A stretch of DNA of 64,000 nucleotides. Origin: an uncultured delta proteobacterium. Its GTDB lineage: Bacteria > Myxococcota > Myxococcia > Myxococcales > Anaeromyxobacteraceae. Both the position numbers and the translations under genes were made by a program. Position 1 is the first letter of the stretch. Each line of letters starts with the position of its first letter. Below the pieces are notes generated by a model. That model was not told the origin of the DNA and searched no databases. It saw nothing but the letters and a program-made list of their open reading frames with translations. This document shows, piece after piece, positions 57,859 to 64,000 of the stretch. The DNA is taken from positions 118,203 to 182,202 of the forward strand of contig CAWHDZ010000008.1 of the NCBI GenBank assembly GCA_963828255.1, in the 5' to 3' direction.

Positions 57859-58848
57859 ATGGCCAGGAACGGATCTCGGCGCGCCGCGAAGGCGACCCGG
57901 CGCCCCCGCGCCCCTGCCCCTCCGGGCGGCCGCCTCACCGTGGCCATCCTCTCCCGGAACCCCCGGCTCCACTCGACCCGGAGGCTCGTCGAGGCCATCC
58001 GCGCGCTGGGCCACCGCGCCCGCGTCCTCGACACCCTCCACTGCAACATGGTGCTGGCCCGGGAGCGCCCGGCCATCTTCTACCGGGGCGAGGAGGTGGG
58101 GCACCTCGACGTGGTCATCCCGCGCATCGGCGCCTCGATCACCGCCTACGGCCTCGCGGTGGTGAACCAGCTCGACATGATGGGCGTGCCGGTGCTGAAC
58201 GACGCCATCCCCATCGCCCGCTCGCGCGACAAGCTGCGCGCGCTGCAGTTGCTCTCCCGCTTCGGCCTGGACATCCCGCGCACAGCCATGTGCCGGTACC
58301 GCGACGAGGTGGCGCAGGTGGTCGAGCACGTGGGGGGGCTCCCCTGCATCATCAAGCTCATCCAGGGCACGCAGGGGGTGGGCGTCATGATCGCCTCCAC
58401 CATGGACGAGGTGCAGGGGATGCTCGACACCTTCTGGGACCTGGGACAGGAGATCCTGCTCCAGGAGTTCGTGGCCGAGTCGAAGGGGCGCGACCTGCGG
58501 GCGCTGGTCATCGGCGACCGGGTGGTGGCGGCGATGCGGCGGCAGGCGCGCACCGGCGAGTTCCGCTCCAACATCCACCGCGGGGGCAAGGCCCGCGCGG
58601 TGGTGCTGCCCCGCGAGTACGCCGAGGCGGCGGTGAAGGCGGCGCGGGTCATCGGGCTCGAGGTGGCCGGCGTGGACATGCTCGAGTCGCGCACCGGCCC
58701 GAAGATCATGGAGGTGAACAGCTCGCCCGGGTTCGAGGGGCTGGAGCGGGCCACCAAGAAGGACATCGCCCGGATGTACGTGGAGCACGCCGTCGAGCTG
58801 GCCCGCTCGCGGCAGTCGGGGCCAGGCGCCCCCCGCGCGCGGGTCTGA
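57859..58848 (+). CDS. rimK: RimK-family ATP-grasp alpha-L-glutamate ligase
   Basis: VIPRIGASIT, SRDKLR, GTQGVGV, FRSNIHRGG, AGVDM, EVNSSPG. Confidence 0.92.
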   Translation: MARNGSRRAAKATRRPRAPAPPGGRLTVAILSRNPRLHSTRRLVEAIRALGHRARVLDTLHCNMVLARERPAIFYRGEEVGHLDVVIPRIGASITAYGLAVVNQLDMMGVPVLNDAIPIARSRDKLRALQLLSRFGLDIPRTAMCRYRDEVAQVVEHVGGLPCIIKLIQGTQGVGVMIASTMDEVQGMLDTFWDLGQEILLQEFVAESKGRDLRALVIGDRVVAAMRRQARTGEFRSNIHRGGKARAVVLPREYAEAAVKAARVIGLEVAGVDMLESRTGPKIMEVNSSPGFEGLERATKKDIARMYVEHAVELARSRQSGPGAPRARV

Positions 58849-58898
58849 ATTTCCGGGCGGCCCCGGCCGTCCCAGGGTACGTCTACCAGGGGTGAACC

Positions 58899-59835
58899 AT
58901 GCGACGAATCGCGCTCACGATGCTCCTGCTCTCCATCACCGGCTGCGTGATCACCGCCGGGACGGTGGTCCCCGCCCCGCCGCCGCCCCAGGTGGTCGAG
59001 GTCTGGTACGGCGGGCAACACGCCATCCCGCCCGGCAGCGCCGGCGGCTGGTGCTGGTACGACGGCCCCCACGCCCATGACTACTTCCCCGACCGGCCCG
59101 ACTGGTTCGCCTACGACGACGGCTTCCTCTTCTGGCGCGGCCCGGTGATGTTCACCTACTTCGATGGCCACCCCATGCCCGGAGGCGGCTGGTGCCCCGT
59201 GGGCGGCCCGCACCGGCACGACTTCTACCCTCCCTACGGCGCCGGGTTCACCTGGCGTGGATCGGGCTGGAACTACGGCGGCCCGTGGGCCCCGTCGCGC
59301 CCGCCGCCTCCGGGCTGGTGGAACTACGCGCCGCCCCGCCCACCGCCACCCGCCGCGGTCCGTCCTCCCCCTCCGGGCCAGTACCGTCCGCCTCCCCCGT
59401 CGGCGCGCAAGCCCGTTCCTCCTCCCCGGCCCTACGATGACGGCTCCCCGGAAAAGGGGCAGGGTTCCGGCCACGACCGTGGGCCGGATTGCCCCCACGA
59501 CCAGGGGGGGGGGAAAGCAGCAGTCCCCGGCCTCGCCGCCCAGCGCTCCCCCGACCGTTCCGCCGCCCCCCGCGCAGCGCCCCCCGCCTCCGAAGCCGGC
59601 TCCTGCGGCGACGCCGTCGACGGCTCCCGCCCAGCGGTCGCCACGGCCTACCCAGCCGGCGCCCTCCACCTCGCGCCCCCCTCCCGCACCGCCGGCGGCG
59701 GCGAACCCACCTTCCAGGGCGCCGCCCCCGAAGAAGGACGACCAGAAGAAGAAGGACGACCAGAAGAAGAAGGAAGAGCAGCCCTCGAAGGCCCGGGGCC
59801 GCCCGGAGAAGGACCCGGCGAAGCAAGTGGACTGA
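58899..59835 (+). CDS. Pro-rich lipoprotein, split by a G10 tract at 59504-59513
   Basis: ITGC lipobox; duplicated HxxPxxxGWCxxxGPHxHD unit; Pro-rich and KKDDQK tail continues in another frame after the G run. Confidence 0.7.
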
Positions 59836-59866
59836 TTCCAGAATCAGGGGGTACACTCTCCGCCCC

Positions 59867-61888
59867 ATGAGCCCCTGGTTCACCGCGCTGCTGCTCCTGT
59901 CGGCCGGCGGATTCTTCGCCTTCACGATGGTTCGCCGGCTGGCCCCGCTGCGGGCCTTCCGGAAGGACGAACGGCTCGACCGGCCCGGGGAACGCATCCG
60001 CGGGCTGCTCCGCTTCGGCTTCGGCCAGTCGCGGCTGACCGACCGGGGCGAGACCTGGCCCGGGTTCCTGCACATCCTCATCTTCGCGGCCTTCCTCGTC
60101 CTGGGGGCCCGGACGGTCACCCTCTTCGGCGTGGGCTTCTCGCCCCACTTCCACCTCCCGCTCCTCGGGCCGGGAACGCCCGTCGGCGACGCCTACGCCT
60201 TCTTGAAGGACGTGGCGGTCCTCCTCGCCCTCTTCGCGGCGCTGGCCTTCATCTGGCGGCGCGTCGTCACGAAGCCCGACCGGGTCACCCGAAGCTGGGA
60301 GGGCGTCCTCATCCTCGGCTTCATCGCCGGCCTGATGGTGACCGACATCCTCTTCGAGGGGGCGGAGCGGCTCGCAGCCGGCCTGGACTCGCACCTCGCC
60401 TGGAGCGCGCCGGCCGGGTCGCTCGGCGCGGCGCTCCTCGCCGGCATCGATCCCGGCGTCACCGCTGGAATCGGGGCGGCCTCGTTCTGGCTCCACCTCG
60501 TCATCGTTCTCGTCTTCCTGAACTTCCTGCCCTTCGGGAAGCACTTCCACGTCATCACCGCGCTGCCCGACGTCTACGTGCAGCGGTTGCCCCCGCGCGG
60601 ATTGCTGCGCAAGCTCGACCTGGAATCGGAGACCCCCGACTACGGTGCACGCGCCGTGAAGGACCTCTCCTGGAAGGAGGCCCTCGACACCTACTCCTGC
60701 ACCGAGTGCGGACGCTGCCAGACCCATTGCCCGACCTACGTCACCGGGAAACCCCTGAGCCACAAGGAGGTGAACCGGACGCTGCGCCACCACATCCAGG
60801 ACCAGGCCCCCGCGCTCCTCGCCTTCGCCCGCGCCCCCGACGCTGCGGCCCGCGACGCCGCCGCCGAGAAGCTGCCTGCGGTGGTGGGGAACGTGCTGGC
60901 CGAGGCCACCGTCTGGGCCTGCACCACCTGCGGCTGGTGCGAGACCGCCTGCCCGGTGCTCATCGAGCAGGTCCCCCGCATCGTGGACCTGCGGCGCCAC
61001 CAGGTGCTCGTCGAGTCGGCCTTCCCGGACGAGGCCGCCCGCGTCTTCAAGAACATCGAGACCCAGGGAAACCCCTGGGGCATCGGCTCCAACCGGCGCG
61101 CCGAGTGGTGCGACGACCTGGCCGTGCCGCGCGCCAGCGAGGGCGACTTCGAGTGGCTCTTCTTCGTGGGCTGCGCCGGCGCCTTCGACGACCGGCAGAA
61201 GAAGGTCTCCCGCGCCATCGTGAAGATCCTGCGGGCCGCCGGGGTGAAGTTCGCCATCCTGGGCGAGGAGGAGACGTGCAACGGCGAGACCGCGCGCCGG
61301 CTGGGCAACGAGTACCTCTTCCAGATGCAGGCCACCGCCAACGTCGAGCTCATGAAGGGCTACGGGGTGAAGAAGGTCATCGCCCAGTGCCCCCACTGCC
61401 TGAACACCATCAAGAACGAGTTCCCCCAGTTCGGCGGTGCGTTCGAGGTGGTGCACCACGCGGAGCTCATCGCGCGCCTCGTCTCCGAGGGAAAGCTCAC
61501 CCCCGGGGCCGCCAGCGCCTACGAGGGGCAGCTCGTCACCTTCCACGACCCGTGCTACCTGGCGCGCTGGAACGGCGTGACCGACGAGCCCCGCGCGGCC
61601 CTGGCCGCGGTGCCCGGACTGCGCGTGATCGAGATGGAGCGCAACCGCGAGCAGGGCTTCTGCTGCGGCGCGGGCGGCGGGCGCATGTGGCTCGAGGAGA
61701 AGCTCGGCACCCGCATCAACCAGAACCGGGTCGAGGAGGCCGCGCGCGTCCTGGGCGACAAGGGCGGCGTGGTGGCGGTGGGCTGCCCGTTCTGCCTCAC
61801 CATGCTGAAGGACGGCGTGGCCGAGCTGGGGAAGGAAGAGACCATGAAGGTGGTGGACATCGCGGAGATCGTTGCCGCTGGCTTGTAG
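59867..61888 (+). CDS. Membrane Fe-S oxidoreductase, FadF/GlpC/HdrD-like
   Basis: N-terminal TM domain; CTECGRCQTHCP, CTTCGWCETACP; CCG-type domains (HDPCY, CCGAGGG, CPFC). Confidence 0.92.
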   Translation: MSPWFTALLLLSAGGFFAFTMVRRLAPLRAFRKDERLDRPGERIRGLLRFGFGQSRLTDRGETWPGFLHILIFAAFLVLGARTVTLFGVGFSPHFHLPLLGPGTPVGDAYAFLKDVAVLLALFAALAFIWRRVVTKPDRVTRSWEGVLILGFIAGLMVTDILFEGAERLAAGLDSHLAWSAPAGSLGAALLAGIDPGVTAGIGAASFWLHLVIVLVFLNFLPFGKHFHVITALPDVYVQRLPPRGLLRKLDLESETPDYGARAVKDLSWKEALDTYSCTECGRCQTHCPTYVTGKPLSHKEVNRTLRHHIQDQAPALLAFARAPDAAARDAAAEKLPAVVGNVLAEATVWACTTCGWCETACPVLIEQVPRIVDLRRHQVLVESAFPDEAARVFKNIETQGNPWGIGSNRRAEWCDDLAVPRASEGDFEWLFFVGCAGAFDDRQKKVSRAIVKILRAAGVKFAILGEEETCNGETARRLGNEYLFQMQATANVELMKGYGVKKVIAQCPHCLNTIKNEFPQFGGAFEVVHHAELIARLVSEGKLTPGAASAYEGQLVTFHDPCYLARWNGVTDEPRAALAAVPGLRVIEMERNREQGFCCGAGGGRMWLEEKLGTRINQNRVEEAARVLGDKGGVVAVGCPFCLTMLKDGVAELGKEETMKVVDIAEIVAAGL

Positions 61889-61946
61889 CGGCAGCTTCAG
61901 CTGCCGCAGGAGCGGGAACACGAAGACGCCCGTCCTCGTCGAAACC

Positions 61947-62738
61947 TCAGCTCCCCCGGCTTAGCGCCCGCGCGCACTCCTCGAGCCTCCCCCGCACCTC
62001 CCTCTCCAGCCGGTCGAGATCGTTGCCCGACCTCGGATCCGCTCCCACGCAGACCAAGATCGCGTCCCACGGGGAGACCTCGCGCTCCACCCCCGCGTAG
62101 TCGATGCTGCGCGGCACCGGCTCCCCGTCCGCGCCGGGCCGGAAGGCCCCGAAGAGCCCCTCCGAGCCGGGCTCGAGCTCCTCCTTGAGCGCGAAGAGCC
62201 GGCGCAGGGCGTCGCGCACCGGCGCCCGATCCAGGTGGCGCCGCTCGATGCGCGCACCGGCGAGCCGCCCCACCGCGTCGAGCACCGCCCGCACGAAGGG
62301 CACGTCGGTGGCCACGAGCCCGTAGAGGTGCGCGTCGGCGCAGGTGTCGTCCACGATCTCCGCCTCCTCCTCGGCGAGCCAGGAGTGGCTCGGGCAGAGG
62401 AAGGTCTCGCAGATGGAGGCGTCGTAGACCCCCTGGTCGCGCAGGTCGGCGCCGCCGGTCACGAGCGGGTGGGCCAGGCAGCCCACCCGGGTCCGCTCCG
62501 GGTCGAGCCAGCCGAGCAGCGGGCATACCCGCACCGACGGGAAGAGCGCCTGGGGCTCGGAGGCGGCGATGCGCGCCGACGCCGCGCGGAAGCCATCCGG
62601 GGTGCGGGGAACGCCGGCGAGCGCGTCGGTACGGGCGTCGAGCCGCTCCCGGACCGCCTCCTCCCCATGGTCCTCGCGGTTGTAGAGGCCGCAGCAGGCG
62701 CCGCAGCTCGAGCGGGCGCGCTGGCAGAGGGAGTTCAC
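61947..62738 (-). CDS. Hypothetical Cys-rich protein
   Basis: SCGACCGLYN, CPLLG, GCLAHP, CETFLCPS. Confidence 0.75.
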   Translation of the reverse strand: MNSLCQRARSSCGACCGLYNREDHGEEAVRERLDARTDALAGVPRTPDGFRAASARIAASEPQALFPSVRVCPLLGWLDPERTRVGCLAHPLVTGGADLRDQGVYDASICETFLCPSHSWLAEEEAEIVDDTCADAHLYGLVATDVPFVRAVLDAVGRLAGARIERRHLDRAPVRDALRRLFALKEELEPGSEGLFGAFRPGADGEPVPRSIDYAGVEREVSPWDAILVCVGADPRSGNDLDRLEREVRGRLEECARALSRGS

Positions 62739-62763
62739 GCGGACGTCGCGAACCCGGCCGGCG

Positions 62764-63306
62764 TCACGGGCGTCCCACGGCGGAGCGGCAGGCGGCGCAC
62801 AGCCCGTCGCCCTTCCGGTCGGAGTCCGCCGGGGTGTGCGCGAGGAACATGACGCAGCGGAAGTCGCCGCAGTGGGAGAGGCCGAGCAGGTGCCCGGTGG
62901 CGTGGGCCGCCTCGACCCGGGCGCGGTGGGCGAGCCGCTCCGGCGACACCGGCTGGCCCTCCCCCCTTGAGCCGGAAGACGCTCACCAGCGCGCTGCGGG
63001 AGTCCCGGTCGGACTCGCCGAAGACGAAGGGCTGGTCGGGCACGAAGAGATCCACGTCCACCACCCCCAGCACCGGCGCGTCGCTCCCCTGGGGGCGCAA
63101 GGCCTCCAGCCGGCGCAGCACGGCGGTGGAGTGGTACTGGCGCCGGTCCTTGTTGAAGGCGAACTCCGGCTTCACTTGGGGCGGAATGGGCTCGGCCGGG
63201 GGCCCGAAATCTCCTGCAGCGCGGCCGAGATCGAGGCGATCGTCCCGCGCGGCAGCGGCCCGATGGGCGCGAGCAGGAAGCGCCCGGGCAGGGGCAGCGC
63301 CTTCAC
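62764..63306 (-). CDS. Non-proteolytic archaemetzincin-like protein (two apparent frameshifts)
   Basis: RRQY, VDLFVP..FVFGE, HATGHLLGLSHC..RCVM..D.K..LC..C; frames change near 63200 and at 62961-62966. Confidence 0.8.
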
Positions 63307-63362
63307 CTCGGCGCGGTGGTTGGCGGCGCGGCCCGCGTGCCGGCCCGGTTCCGGGGCCGAGG

Positions 63363-63433
63363 TTGAGGCGGAAGGATTCGAACCTTCATACGCGGATCCA
63401 AAGTCCGCAGTCCTGCCATTGGACGACGCCTCA
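63363..63433 (-). tRNA. tRNA-Gln (TTG)
   Basis: TGAGGCGTCGTCCAATGGCAGGACTGCGGACTTTGGATCCGCGTATGAAGGTTCGAATCCTTCCGCCTCAA cloverleaf. Confidence 0.95.
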
Positions 63434-63449
63434 AGTTCCTTGCGGGGCA

Positions 63450-64000
63450 TCACCACCTCGCGAGAGCTGCACCCCAGGTGAAACCTGCTCCGAAGGCCGC
63501 CAGGGCGACGAGCTCGCCGCGCTTCACGCCGCGCTCCGGGATGGCCTCGGCGAGCGCCAGCGGGATGCTCGCCGCCGTGGTGTTGCCGTACTTCTGGATG
63601 TTGTTGAAGACCTGGTCGTCGCGCAGCCCGAGCGACTTCTGCACCGTCTCGGCGATGCGCAGGTTGGCCTGGTGCGGCACGAGGACCTTGATGTCCGCGG
63701 TGGTGAGGCCGGTCTTGCCGAGCAGGCTGCGCACCACCTCGGGCATGCGGACGATGGCGTGCTTGAAGACCTTCTGCCCCTCCATCTTGGGGTACCCGCT
63801 GCCGTCGTCGATCATGGCGTGGGTGTTGCGCGGGCTGTGGATCGAGCCCGGCTGGTCGGTCCAGAGGTCGGTGGCGAAGCGTCCGTCGGCGTGCAGCTCG
63901 ATGGCGAGCACGCCCCTCCCCGGGTCGTCGGTGGCCTCGAGGAGCGCCGCGGCGGCGCCGTCCCCGAAGATCACGGTCACGTCGCGCCCTGCCGTGGAGA
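63450..64000 (-). CDS. fabH: 3-oxoacyl-ACP synthase III (5' part outside the window)
   Basis: IFGDGAAA, MEGQKVFK, PHQANLRI, YGNTTAASIPL, AFGAGFTWG. Confidence 0.95.
   Translation of the reverse strand, partial: STAGRDVTVIFGDGAAAALLEATDDPGRGVLAIELHADGRFATDLWTDQPGSIHSPRNTHAMIDDGSGYPKMEGQKVFKHAIVRMPEVVRSLLGKTGLTTADIKVLVPHQANLRIAETVQKSLGLRDDQVFNNIQKYGNTTAASIPLALAEAIPERGVKRGELVALAAFGAGFTWGAALARW

Noticed and set aside
59730..59775. Tandem AAGAAGGACGACCAGAAG repeat as a regulatory array
   Set aside because: It encodes the low-complexity KKDDQK protein tail
5932..63210. Programmed frameshifting in cytochrome b and the archaemetzincin-like gene
   Set aside because: All breaks are single-base changes at short homopolymers in otherwise intact genes, which fits long-read assembly error better; needs read checking
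48..64000. Many long Arg/Gly/Pro-rich ORFs in the track overlapping real genes
   Set aside because: Expected off-frame and antisense ORFs in high-GC DNA; no motifs

Overview
High-GC (about 70%) bacterial DNA whose gene content points to an Anaeromyxobacter-like myxobacterium (inference from the MXAN_5187-type protein, the non-proteolytic archaemetzincin and the ileS-lspA-lgt context). 1-19.5 kb: accessory/metabolic genes (NhaR-type LysR + TerC, multiheme cytochrome/Rieske/cytochrome b, Lpp-like lipoprotein + two L,D-transpeptidases, carbonic anhydrase, B12 radical SAM, FabL-like SDR) mixed with decayed gene fragments. 19.5-50.8 kb: two tandem tyrosine-integrase islands in the 3' end of tRNA-Phe(GAA), delimited by three att copies, each with its own arm-type repeat. 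Island A (about 8.5 kb) carries TA modules, a Ser/Thr kinase and a serine hydrolase. Island B (about 22.7 kb) carries a type III R-M system, an orphan MTase, a DUF932-RadC-Rad52-Cas4-like module, an exported DszB-like/rhodanese/crotonase trio and a block of unknown genes. Both integrase ORFs read through the att core in the same frame, so recombination swaps their C-termini. 50.9-64 kb: housekeeping genes (lgt, lspA, ileS, rimK-like, FadF/GlpC-like Fe-S protein, tRNA-Gln, fabH). Several single-base frameshifts at homopolymers may be assembly errors. All family assignments come from motif recognition by eye; no database searches were run.
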